Assembly: GCA_021208685.1 (NCBI GenBank)
Contig: JAJOJJ010000021.1
Location: forward strand, 46,353 to 110,352
Direction of reading: 5' to 3'
Source: Saccharospirillaceae bacterium
Lineage (GTDB): Bacteria; Pseudomonadota; Gammaproteobacteria; Pseudomonadales; Oceanobacteraceae
Length of the DNA stretch: 64,000 nucleotides
The translations under genes and the position numbers were made by a program. The notes below the pieces were generated by a model. The model did no database searches and was not told where the DNA came from. It saw nothing but the letters and a program-made list of their open reading frames with translations. Of the stretch, positions 1 to 9,296 are shown one piece after another; within the stretch, counting starts at the first letter, position 1; every line of letters begins with the position of its first letter.

Positions 1-2
1 AG

Positions 3-62
3 AATAATCCACAGCTGTTTGCTGGAATGTACCAGTTTTATGCACTCAAACCCGGTCGCTGA
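3..62 (+). CDS. Possible 3' end of a gene entering from the left edge (NNPQLFAGMYQFYALKPGR*)
   Basis: Frame 3 is open from the window start to TGA at 60-62, convergent with ung; too short to identify. Confidence 0.3.
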   Translation, partial: NNPQLFAGMYQFYALKPGR

Positions 63-80
63 AGATAATGGGGAGGCCTC

Positions 81-758
81 TTACAGTTGCCACTGTATCG
101 GTGCTTCACCGCGGGAAATAAGGTAATCGTTAATGCGTGAAAACTGGCGATTGCCAAAAAAGCCGCGATGGGCGGATAACGGTGAAGGATGCACCGACTT
201 CAGTACCAGATGCTTGTGCGAATCGATCACCGCACCTTTTTTCTGCGCATAACTGCCCCAGAGTACAAATACCAGCCCTTCACGCTGTTCATTCAGCGCA
301 CGGATAGCCGCATCGGTAAACTGCTCCCAGCCTTTCCCCTGATGCGAACCGGCATTGGCCTGCTCCACCGTCAGCGTTGCATTCAATAATAAAACGCCCT
401 GATCAGCCCATGGCGTCAGATCGCCGCTGCCGCTCATTCGGATACCAAGATCACCTTCAATTTCTTTAAAAATGTTCACCAGCGATGGCGGATTTTTTAT
501 GCCGGGCTGCACCGAAAAACTCAGCCCATGGGCCTGTCCCGGACCGTGATATGGGTCCTGACCAATGATCACCACGCGAACCTGTTGAAACGGTGTGTGA
601 TTAAAAGCCGTAAAAATCTGCGGCCCTGGCGGAAAAATCACTTTGCCCGCTGCTTTTTCTGCTTTCAGAAAATCGCGCAGGTTATGCATATAAGGCTGCT
701 CCAGCTCATGCCCGAGCACAGCCTGCCAGGATGGATGTAATTCGCCGGGTTTTCCCAT
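81..758 (-). CDS. ung: Uracil-DNA glycosylase family 1
   Basis: Motifs GQDPYH, PPSL, GVLLLN, LWG and HPSPLS. Start moved from 830 to ATG 758, which has an AGGA RBS. Confidence 0.96.
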   Translation of the reverse strand: MGKPGELHPSWQAVLGHELEQPYMHNLRDFLKAEKAAGKVIFPPGPQIFTAFNHTPFQQVRVVIIGQDPYHGPGQAHGLSFSVQPGIKNPPSLVNIFKEIEGDLGIRMSGSGDLTPWADQGVLLLNATLTVEQANAGSHQGKGWEQFTDAAIRALNEQREGLVFVLWGSYAQKKGAVIDSHKHLVLKSVHPSPLSAHRGFFGNRQFSRINDYLISRGEAPIQWQL

Positions 759-828
759 GAGGAATATCCTTAATAACGGTCTGTCAGCGGTACGGGGATG
801 ACCTGTCGGTGCAGCAACAGGCCCTAAC

Positions 829-856
829 AAAACAGGCAGCCGAAGCTGCCTGTTTT
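829..856 (-). terminator. Intrinsic terminator after lysS
   Basis: Minus strand AAAACAGGCAGC-TTCG-GCTGCCTGTTTT, 14 nt after the lysS stop. Confidence 0.8.
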
Positions 857-869
857 ATTCATCGTCAGC

Positions 870-2402
870 TCAGTCGGCCAGAGGCTTCATGTGCGGGAAC
901 AGAATAACGTCTTTAATGGTGTGGCTGTTGGTAAACAGCATCACCAGACGGTCGATACCAATGCCTTCACCAGCGGTGGGTGGCAGACCGTATTCCAGCG
1001 CGCGCACGTAATCTTCGTCGTAGTGCATGGCCTCGTCATCACCGGCGTCTTTTTCTTCAACCTGTTTGCGGAAACGGGCAGCCTGATCTTCGGCATCATT
1101 AAGCTCGGAGAAACCATTGGCCAGCTCACGTCCGCCCACGAAGAATTCAAAACGGTCGGTCACAAACGGGTTGTCGTCATTGCGGCGCGCCAGTGGTGAC
1201 ACTTCCCACGGGTATTCAGTAATAAAGGTCGGCTGATCCAGCTTCTCTTCAGCGGTGGCTTCAAAGATTTCACACACCAGCTTACCGGCACCCCAGCCGG
1301 CTTCTTTCGGCCCCAGATGAATCCCCACACTGCGGGCATACTCTTTCAGGGTTTCGATGTTATTTTCCGCATCGCGCAGAATAGCAGCGTCCATTTCCGG
1401 ATTATATTTGAGGATGGCATCGACCATGCTCATGCGGATAAATGGCTGCGCAAAGTCGTAGGTTGCCTCACCGTATTCCAGCGTGGTGGTACCCAGCACG
1501 CTTTCTGCCAGGAAGCGCAGCATGGCTTCGGTGGTATCCATCATGTCGCGGTAATCGGCATACGCCTGATAGAACTCGATCATGGTGAATTCAGGGTTGT
1601 GGCGGGTACTCAGACCTTCGTTACGGAAGTTACGGTTGATCTCGAACACACGGTCAAAACCGCCGACGATAAGACGCTTCAGGTACAGCTCAGGTGCAAT
1701 ACGCAGGAACATATCGATGCCCAGCGCATTGTGGTGCGTTTCAAACGGCTTGGCCGAAGCACCGCCCGGAATGGTTTGCAGCATCGGGGTTTCCACTTCC
1801 ATGAAGCCGCGCTGCGACAGGAAGTAGCGGATGCCTTCAATAATTTTCGAGCGGATCTGGAAGGTACGGCGGGTATCTTCGTTAATGATCAGATCAACAT
1901 AGCGCTGACGGTATTTCATTTCCTGATCGGCCAGACCGTGGAATTTATCCGGCAGCGGACGCAGTGCCTTGGTCAGGATGCGGAAATGGCTGAGTTCATC
2001 GATATCGACATACAGCTCGCCTTTACCCGACAGGTGTAACGTACCGGAACCGGCCACGATGTCGCCCAGATCCAGCATCTGCCAGGCTTCGCTTTCTTTT
2101 TGCATGCCTTTGGCCATGTAAATCTGAATCGAGCCGGTACTGTCCTGAATGCCCACAAAAGGACCACCACGACGCATCACGCGGCCAGCAACGGCAACAC
2201 GGATACCCGCGGCGGCAAGCTCTTCCTGGCTCTTGCTGCCGTGTTCGGCTTTCAGCTCACCGGCCAGGTGTTCACGGCGGAAATCGTTCGGGTGAGCATT
2301 CGATTTGCAGTTACTGCGCAGCTGTTCAAGCTTGGCGCGGCGCTCGGCGATCAGTTTGTTCTCATCCTGAGCTGGCTGCTCGGTCACGTTGTTGTCTGTC
2401 AT
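870..2402 (-). CDS. lysS: Lysyl-tRNA synthetase class II
   Basis: Motifs [38 protein letters not shown] and GIGIDRL; conserved prfB-lysS order. Confidence 0.98.
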   Translation of the reverse strand: MTDNNVTEQPAQDENKLIAERRAKLEQLRSNCKSNAHPNDFRREHLAGELKAEHGSKSQEELAAAGIRVAVAGRVMRRGGPFVGIQDSTGSIQIYMAKGMQKESEAWQMLDLGDIVAGSGTLHLSGKGELYVDIDELSHFRILTKALRPLPDKFHGLADQEMKYRQRYVDLIINEDTRRTFQIRSKIIEGIRYFLSQRGFMEVETPMLQTIPGGASAKPFETHHNALGIDMFLRIAPELYLKRLIVGGFDRVFEINRNFRNEGLSTRHNPEFTMIEFYQAYADYRDMMDTTEAMLRFLAESVLGTTTLEYGEATYDFAQPFIRMSMVDAILKYNPEMDAAILRDAENNIETLKEYARSVGIHLGPKEAGWGAGKLVCEIFEATAEEKLDQPTFITEYPWEVSPLARRNDDNPFVTDRFEFFVGGRELANGFSELNDAEDQAARFRKQVEEKDAGDDEAMHYDEDYVRALEYGLPPTAGEGIGIDRLVMLFTNSHTIKDVILFPHMKPLAD

Positions 2403-2440
2403 GGTGTTACCCTAAAAATTAGATGATCCGAAGCGTGTGG

Positions 2441-3536
2441 TTACAGGCCTTTCTTCAGGCTGGCTTCGATAAACTGGTCAAGATCGCCGTCCAGAACCGC
2501 CTGTGTATTGCGGGTTTCAACCCCGGTACGCAGATCTTTGATACGGGCGTCGTCGAGTACATAAGAGCGGATCTGGCTGCCCCAGCCGATATCCGACTTG
2601 GTCTCTTCCAGCGCCTGAGCTTCCGCATTACGTTTCTGCATTTCCAGCTCGTACAGCTTGGCTTTCAGCTGCTTCATCGCCTGATCTTTGTTCTTATGCT
2701 GCGAACGGTCATTCTGACACTGAGTCACAATGTTGGTTGGCAAGTGCGTGATACGTACCGCCGACTCGGTCCGGTTAACGTGCTGACCACCGGCACCGGA
2801 GGCGCGGTAAACGTCGATACGCAGATCGGCCGGATTAATCTCGATGTCGATGTTGTCGTCCACTTCCGGTGAGACAAACACCGATGAGAAGGATGTATGG
2901 CGACGGTTGCCGGAATCGAACGGGCTCTTGCGAACCAGACGGTGTACACCGGTTTCGGTACGCAGCCAGCCGTAAGCATATTCACCCTCGACGCGAATGG
3001 TCGCGCCTTTAATGCCCGCCACTTCGCCTTCTGACACCTCCATCAGCTCGCCTTTGAAGCCATGCGCTTCGATCCAGCGCAGGTACATGCGCAGCATCAT
3101 ATTGGCCCAGTCCTGAGCTTCAGTACCACCGGAGCCGGACTGGATTTCAACGTAGCAGTTGTTCGGGTCCAGCTCACCGGAGAACATACGGCGGAATTCC
3201 AGCACTTCCAGCTCTTTCTGCAACGAAGCCAGCTCAGTGCGGATATCGTTGACCGCGTTCTCATCGTCTTCTTCAACGGCCATATCCAGCAGATCGCGGG
3301 CATCGTTCAGGCCGGTGTCCAGGGTATCAATGGTTTTGACCACGTTTTCCAGTGCAGAACGTTCTTTACCCAGCTCCTGCGCGCGCTCCGGGTTATCCCA
3401 GACATCACCCTGAGAGAGTTCCTGCTCTACTTCTTCCAGACGCTCAAGCTTGTTGGCGTAGTCAAAGATACCCCCTAAGCACATCGGTACGTGCTGTCAG
3501 GTCTTTGATGGTTTCGAGAATCGGATTGATTTCCAA
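2441..3536 (-). CDS. prfB: Peptide chain release factor 2, +1 programmed frameshift, about 364 aa
   Basis: GGQ and SPF motifs. Upstream frame TTG(3536)[23 protein letters not shown], then AGGGGG (3476-3471) and CTT-TGA-C (3467-3461), continuing as DYANKLER. Confidence 0.97.
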
Positions 3537-3622
3537 TGTAATACCCTGTTGTCATCCGGCAGACGGGCCGGTGGAGTCAGTACAGCCAGCGCTCAGGGCG
3601 CAGGCTACAAAAAAGAGGCCGT

Positions 3623-3651
3623 ATTTTACAGAAGTCGGGCGACGGATGCGA
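3623..3651 (-). promoter_or_regulatory. Candidate sigma70 promoter of prfB-lysS
   Basis: TCGCAT-N17-TAAAAT with an extended TG and a GC-rich discriminator; the -35 is weak. Confidence 0.4.
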
Positions 3652-3707
3652 GTATGTTCAGACCAGGCAGTACACGGCAAAACCACCCGAACAGAGCAGA
3701 TAAACCC

Positions 3708-3759
3708 GGCCAGAGGCGCTGCCACTCAGGCCAGAGACGCTGCCACTCAGGCCAGAGGC
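3708..3759. repeat. 21-bp tandem repeat, about 2.5 copies
   Basis: GGCCAGAG(G/A)CGCTGCCACTCA at 3708-3728 and 3729-3749, partial copy from 3750. Confidence 0.85.
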
Positions 3760-3837
3760 AGCCCTGAATGCCCTATCCGCTCACCGAACAGTCGACATTC
3801 AATAAAGCTATTGCAAATCCTTCGCATTAAGACTAAA

Positions 3838-3860
3838 TTACAAATCAAAGTTATTCGCAT
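3838..3860 (+). promoter_or_regulatory. Candidate Fur box upstream of bfd
   Basis: TTACAAATCAAAGTTATTCGCAT partly resembles GCAAATGATAATNATTCGCA-type Fur sites; bfd is usually Fur-regulated. Confidence 0.35.
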
Positions 3861-3875
3861 CCGGGTTTGATTACC

Positions 3876-4070
3876 ATGTACGTTTGTTTATGCAAAGCCG
3901 TTACCCAACAGCAAATCGAGCAAGCCGTCGGACAAGGCGACACCTACGCTCAGATTCGTCAAAAGTTGGGAGTCGGCACAGACTGTGGCTGCTGCGGGCA
4001 GAGCGCCAAGCAGATGATCCGTGAATACACATCCCGCCTTCCGGCCTGCGAGTTTGCTGCAGCCAGCTGA
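3876..4070 (+). CDS. bfd: Bacterioferritin-associated ferredoxin (2Fe-2S)
   Basis: MYVCLCKAVT...GVGTDCGCC, the typical Bfd cysteine pattern; start at ATG 3876. Confidence 0.9.
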   Translation: MYVCLCKAVTQQQIEQAVGQGDTYAQIRQKLGVGTDCGCCGQSAKQMIREYTSRLPACEFAAAS

Positions 4071-4083
4071 GCAGTGATTCTGT

Positions 4084-4126
4084 TGCAATAAAAAAAGAGC
4101 GCACTGGCGCTCTTTTTTTTATTGCA
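4084..4126. terminator. Bidirectional intrinsic terminator
   Basis: TGCAAT-A7-GAGCGC-ACTG-GCGCTC-T8-ATTGCA between convergent genes. Confidence 0.9.
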
Positions 4127-4144
4127 GACAGCTATGCGTCAGCG

Positions 4145-4582
4145 CTATCCCGCCGCCCTGACCGTACCATTTCCCCAGTCCTGAGCCATCTGTCGTTGCA
4201 GACCGGCCAGATCAACCAGCGTATTCTGGCTGCACACTCTTCCGCGTCGTATTTCCCAGGTGGATACCGCACTGAAACCAATAACCTTGTTATTCGGCGG
4301 AAAGCCAAACAGCGGCTTATTAAAAGATCCGCTGAACGTTGAAATGGTAATGACGCGATCTCCCTCTGCCATGATGTCTTCAATGGATACGTCGAGATCA
4401 GAAATAGCAGAACGGATACTTCCAACGTATTCGATGAAAGAATCAATGTTCTTAAAGCCTTCCGCAAAGGTGGTGTGATAGACAAAATCAGGGGTGGCTA
4501 TCTGGCGCAGAAGATTAAAGCGTCCGCTGTTCCAGGAAAGATTAATAAAGTGCTCAACAAGCTGTTTATTGTGCGCCGACAT
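4145..4582 (-). CDS. SnoaL-like ester cyclase family protein
   Basis: 145 aa with an NTF2-like pattern (IEDIMAEGDRV, FSGSF...GFPPNNK, EIRRGRV...DLAGLQRQM). Confidence 0.8.
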   Translation of the reverse strand: MSAHNKQLVEHFINLSWNSGRFNLLRQIATPDFVYHTTFAEGFKNIDSFIEYVGSIRSAISDLDVSIEDIMAEGDRVITISTFSGSFNKPLFGFPPNNKVIGFSAVSTWEIRRGRVCSQNTLVDLAGLQRQMAQDWGNGTVRAAG

Positions 4583-4759
4583 GAAGCATCCTTGCTATAA
4601 AAAGTCTAACGGCTCAGGAGCCGGCTGTTCCGGCTCCCCCAGAGGTATCCATCTTTTGTATGATCATGATTCTGTACCAGAGTGGCGCAGTTTGCCAATC
4701 TAATCTCATGTGCGATATATCGCACAGATGATGGCATCCTCAGGGCAGCGACGGACTAT

Positions 4760-7700
4760 TTATTTTTTCGAGTTATTCATTGCTTCAAACTGCTGTTTTA
4801 CGTAATCCAGCGTTGTATTCAGTGTGGAGATGATGGCGTCGTTGTACAGGAACTGTGATTTAAGCCGCGCCTCCTGAGCTGAAATACGGGCCTCCATCTT
4901 GGTACGTTCAGTATCAACACTGGTCAGTTCATCATCCAGACCAGCCTGCTTAACGCCGATGACACTTTTCTGACCATTCAGGAAATTATCCATGATGTCT
5001 TTCAACTGATCCCCAAAGCCGGTGATGTAGGTCACGCTGCCGCGCTCACCAACATTGCCACCGGTTACTTTCAGTCTTAATCCGGAGGCATCATCAATGC
5101 TTCCCACCTGATCTTTACCGGCTTCACCATCCCCCACTCCACGCACAAAACCGAACACAGTGGCCGCTGCAGCAGAAAAATCGGTCATTTCGACGGCGGA
5201 AGACTTGCCGGTAGAGGCCGAAATAATACCGAATTTATTATTGGCAAACGACGCAGGGTCATCGGTAAATTCAACTTTTACAGCGATGCCTTCTTCTTTA
5301 AAAGCGGCTGTATCGTTGATCGCCTGTTGCATTGCCTGCGCCAGAGTTGCACCGCTGTTATAGGTTGCGGGCTGATTCAATGTTACTTCGGCCTCGACAC
5401 CATCAATTTTGATTTTGAAGGTGTTATTAGTCGCATCAATATTCACCGGCGTCGAAAAATCTGCGGCTTCATTCCCCAGATAATACCCGTTGCTGGCTTT
5501 GACATTACCGTCTACCGCCCGCAGAAACTGACCACTGCCTGTGGCCGTAACGCCATTGATCGTCCCCGCAACATCTTTTCCTTTTGCGGCAACAGGCGAA
5601 TAAACGCTGACATCCTGTAACCCCAGAAAGGCAATCGAGGTACTGTCCAGACCGGTAAATCCAACCGATGTGCCTTGCCCGCCAATACTGATGTTCAATG
5701 AACCCAGATCCGTTTCCGGGTTATAGACGTAATCAACAACCGCATCCAGATCATAACCAAAGGTTCTGGAGTTATCTGTCAGGCCCAGACCATCGTAACC
5801 GTTGTTAACCGTTCCGGCAGATAAACCCAAAGCCGAAGCTGCGGTGCCTCCCAGATTTTTAATCTCAAGCGAAGCGCCCGCACCAAAGGTTGCAGCGGTT
5901 TTCACCCCATTTTTGCTTTGGGTTTCAAAATATAATTGTCCGCTGCCATTAACGCGGGCCAGAATATCTCCGGCAGCAAACTGCCCCGTCGCTACCAATG
6001 CGGTATCCAAGGCCTGTTGAATAACAATGAGATTGGAATCTGCATTGTTACTGCCGCTTGTTCCATCCGCATTCACATCAACATTAATATCAACGCCATC
6101 AACCGTCAGAGTAAACGCCGCATTCTGACCGCCGCTGAAATCGATGCCGGTTGAAATATCAGCAAAGCTGTTGCTTTTGGCTCCACGCCCATCACTGACA
6201 ACCTCAATATACTCTTCATGCCCGGTTGCTACGGTGGTTAACTTCAGGCCCGTTCCATCCTGACTGGCACTGACAACACCAGCACCAAAGGCGGCATCCA
6301 GTGCTGTTTGAATATCCGCAATATTATCGCCGGAGTCGGTATTCACCAGTACATCTCTCTCGACGCCGGAGACGTTAAGACGGAAACCGGCATTGGTCGC
6401 GGAGAAATCAATATTCGCACTGATGTCACGATTTCCCTTTGCCGTTTCAGCCCCCTTCACAACACCGGTAAAGTTGGCATCACCCGCCAGGGTGGTATTC
6501 AGCTGATTCTGAATTTCTGCCGCCAGCGCATCGCCTGTTGCATAGGTTCCGGCCGGCACTGAGACTTTGGTTGCACTGACAATACCGTCAACCTGGACAT
6601 TAAATTCAACAGCGGAGCCGAACGTTACCCCCGGGTCTTTACCATTGGATTGCACGCCCTGAGTGCGCTCAGACCAAGCTGAATATCTGAAGTACCGGTG
6701 CCAACAGCGGTCAGTTCGATAGTGCGCGCAGTGCCTTCAGCAACGGTTTCAAAAATCAGATAGCCATTTTTGTCGAATGCAGCGGTTACCTGGCCATTGA
6801 GCGCAGTGGCATCAATCGCCGTCTGAATCGCCTGTAATGTATCTTTACGATCACCAAAGGTACCATCGCCGTTCAGATCCTGACCGCTGGCATTCTGATT
6901 TACCACAACAGCGACCGGGCCATTGCCATCGACATCCAGAGAAAAGGTGGCATTACTGCTCTGAAAGTTAATTCCGGACGATGCCGGAATCACCTTGTTA
7001 CCAATCTGGGTAACGGCTCCTTTACCATTAAAAGCATCAGCATTCAGCGTTGTCAGACCTACGCCCTGATAAGTCCCCTGACCCAGGGTATTAAAGCCGA
7101 GTGTATTGGCAACATTGGGATCGACGGCTGCAAAATAGATCTGTGACTCTGCGCCGTATTTGTTTGAGGTTATTAAAAAATTCTTATCCGCTGCACTGTA
7201 ATCAACGGACACACTGTATCCGTATTTTGACAGTGTTTCACTGCTGTTAATCTGTAACGCCAATTGCTTTGCCAGTTCATCACCGGAGCTGTAACTGCCG
7301 TGCGTCAGCTCAATGCTGGCCGTCTGACCATTTACATTAATTCTGAAGTTATCATTACTTTCGTCGATTAAAACCGGTGACGAAAAATCCAGCACCGATA
7401 AGCTGCCACCGGCATACTTAGCCTGACTCGCCAGCTGAGTAATACTGACATCATAAGTTCCGGGTTTGGTATTAATGGAATCATTCACATAGGTGATCTG
7501 ACTGTCAGTTGTTTTACCGGACTTAGCCAATAAACCAACAACAGAGGCACGATCTTCGCTCATCGCCTTCTGAAACCGGGCTGTATCAAATTCCAGCTGA
7601 TACTTATTATCTTTGTTGGTATCAACCCCAAGCTCGGTCAGAGAGCGGTATTTACCGGTTAAGCCAATAATCGGCTCACTGATCATTGAGCGAATCTGAG

Positions 7701-8709
7701 ACATCATGCCACGAACGGTAGAATCACCCAGCAATAAACCGGCTTGTCGCTTATCGGCATCGTAACCGGATAAATCATCGACAAAGGTTTTCAACTCATT
7801 ATAGGCATCGACAAATCCCTGAATACTGTCGGTCAGTTTTTCTGTATCAGCCGAAACCGTTACACTGATATTTTTTCCGACATCGGCATTTTTAAGATTG
7901 AGCGTTACCCCTTTAATGACTTCATCCACCGCATTGCTGCTGCGGGTAATGGTCAGGCCGTTGACATTCAGCTGCGCATCTTCGCCTTTACTGGTCTGGC
8001 TCATATTGGCAGCGGTATTCTGATTTTCATTAAACGCCAATGCCGCCAGGCCACCATTTAACAGATTTCCGGAATCATCCAGCGCGGCAATACGCATGGC
8101 ATTTTCTTCACCGGTTTCTGTTGAGGTCATCAACAAGCGATAACCGCCGCCATCGTTGATGATGCTGGCATTGACCCCCATATCAGCATTATTGATCGCA
8201 TCGCGGATACCGCTGAGTGTGCGGTTAGACTCATCAATCGTAATGGTTTTCCCCAGACGATCAGGATTCAGATCCTGACTGACGAAATTACCACCGGCAC
8301 CATAAGTAATATCACCAAACGTAAAGACCAGTTTTCCGGTGCCAATAATTTCATCGAAGCTGCTGTAGGTTTGCGTGGCCAGAGAATGGGATTTTGCCGT
8401 ATTCAGCACTTCCACATTGTAAGTACCGGGCTCAGATAAACTGGAGGTTGTTGCGGTTAGAATATCTTCATCAGAGGATGTCGCCGTGGTTGAGCTGACC
8501 AGACTGGGACTGGACAGGCTATTTGCCGCAGACTGAACTTTGGCCATGATCGACTGGATTTCACCGTAGGCGGTTATTTTTGCCTCAACCAGTTTTTGCC
8601 GCCTGTCCAGACGCAGAGACACCGCCTCTTTCTCAGCGGTAATGATTTTCTCGACCAGATCCGTGGTCAGAACACCTGACCCCAATCCCAGCGATTCAAT
8701 GGACGCCAT
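4760..8709 (-). pseudogene. fliD: Flagellar filament cap FliD, about 1316 aa if joined; split by an apparent 1-nt deletion near 6665 into ORFs 6625-8709 and 4760-6655
   Basis: The FliD N-terminus (MASIESLGLGSGVLTTDLVEKII) is in the first ORF and the FliD C-terminus (EARLKSQFLYNDAIISTLN) in the second; the frames differ by -1. This may be a true mutation or a sequencing error. Confidence 0.8.
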
Positions 8710-8770
8710 ACGTCTTACCTCATATTGCCCGGGACGTGCTGCTTGCGGTATCGCAGGATGACCCCAAAAC

Positions 8771-8811
8771 AAAAAACCCTGTACTGGCTTTATCGGCCAA
8801 TGCAGGGTTTT
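8771..8811 (-). terminator. Intrinsic terminator after fliC-flaG
   Basis: AAAACCCTG-C-ATTGGC-CGATAAA-GCCAGT-A-CAGGG-TTTTTT on the minus strand. Confidence 0.7.
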
Positions 8812-8816
8812 CTGAA
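8790..8816 (-). promoter_or_regulatory. Candidate sigma28 promoter of fliD
   Basis: Perfect -10 GCCGATAA at 8797-8790; weak -35 TTCA at 15 nt spacing. Confidence 0.55.
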
Positions 8817-8847
8817 GGGCTGTTTACTCAACCCATACACGGATCAC

Positions 8848-9231
8848 CTAAACTTGCGCACTGAATAATAAAGATGGTTCCTCATCATTCAATTTCTGCG
8901 CCAGTTCCAGAGCCAGCTCACTGGGAATCTGCCGGATCAACTCCGATGATGCCCTGTCATAAACGCGGATGATGGTTTTGCCACTATCCTCGTCCAGCTG
9001 GAAGTCCAGCGTTCTTTCGGTTTGCTGCACATACTCGTTAATGCGGGAGATTGCCTCTCTGACCTGGTCTTTACTCAGTTCGGCAACCTTCTCAGCTCCT
9101 TGTGGCAATGTCTTGCCGCTGTCGGAACTCACCGCCGGTTCACTTGCCGCCTTGGCGTAAGCTTTTCTACCGGCAGTCGCTGAGGGTGATACAGCTGTGT
9201 GGTCAATCACATTCAGTTTCAGCTCATTCAT
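8848..9231 (-). CDS. flaG: Flagellar protein FlaG
   Basis: C-terminal RTLDFQLDEDSGKTIIRVYDRASSELIRQIPSE; located between fliC and fliD. Confidence 0.92.
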   Translation of the reverse strand: MNELKLNVIDHTAVSPSATAGRKAYAKAASEPAVSSDSGKTLPQGAEKVAELSKDQVREAISRINEYVQQTERTLDFQLDEDSGKTIIRVYDRASSELIRQIPSELALELAQKLNDEEPSLLFSAQV

Positions 9232-9264
9232 AAATCACCTCTCAGGTTCTTGGTTAAGCAGCCA

Positions 9265-9284
9265 GGGGAAGGCGAACCTTCCCC
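9265..9284 (-). other. Stable UUCG stem-loop 3' of fliC, no U-tract
   Basis: GGGGAAGG-TTCG-CCTTCCCC, perfect 8-bp stem. Confidence 0.7.
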
Positions 9285-9296
9285 GTCAGTCCGCTA

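Noticed and set aside
891-2872. Plus-strand ORFs opposite lysS and prfB (e.g. 1317-2039)
   Set aside because: Antisense shadows of strongly biased coding genes.
3352-3870. 172-aa ORF across the prfB 5' region
   Set aside because: Antisense overlap with prfB, runs through tandem repeats, no recognisable motif.
4582-4760. c-di-GMP-I riboswitch (GGCAAAC seen on the minus strand)
   Set aside because: No GAAA-capped P2 stem or following GACGCAAAG-like segment.
6625-6633. Programmed -1 slip at CGG-GGG-TAA in fliD
   Set aside because: It would retain LRACNPMVKTR, with Cys and Met atypical of FliD. The -1 frame (TQGVQSNGKDPG) fits better from about 6665, so an upstream 1-nt deletion is more parsimonious.
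4760-6655. Independent 631-aa gene
   Set aside because: GTG start without a clear RBS; lacks the FliD N-terminus and carries the FliD C-terminus.
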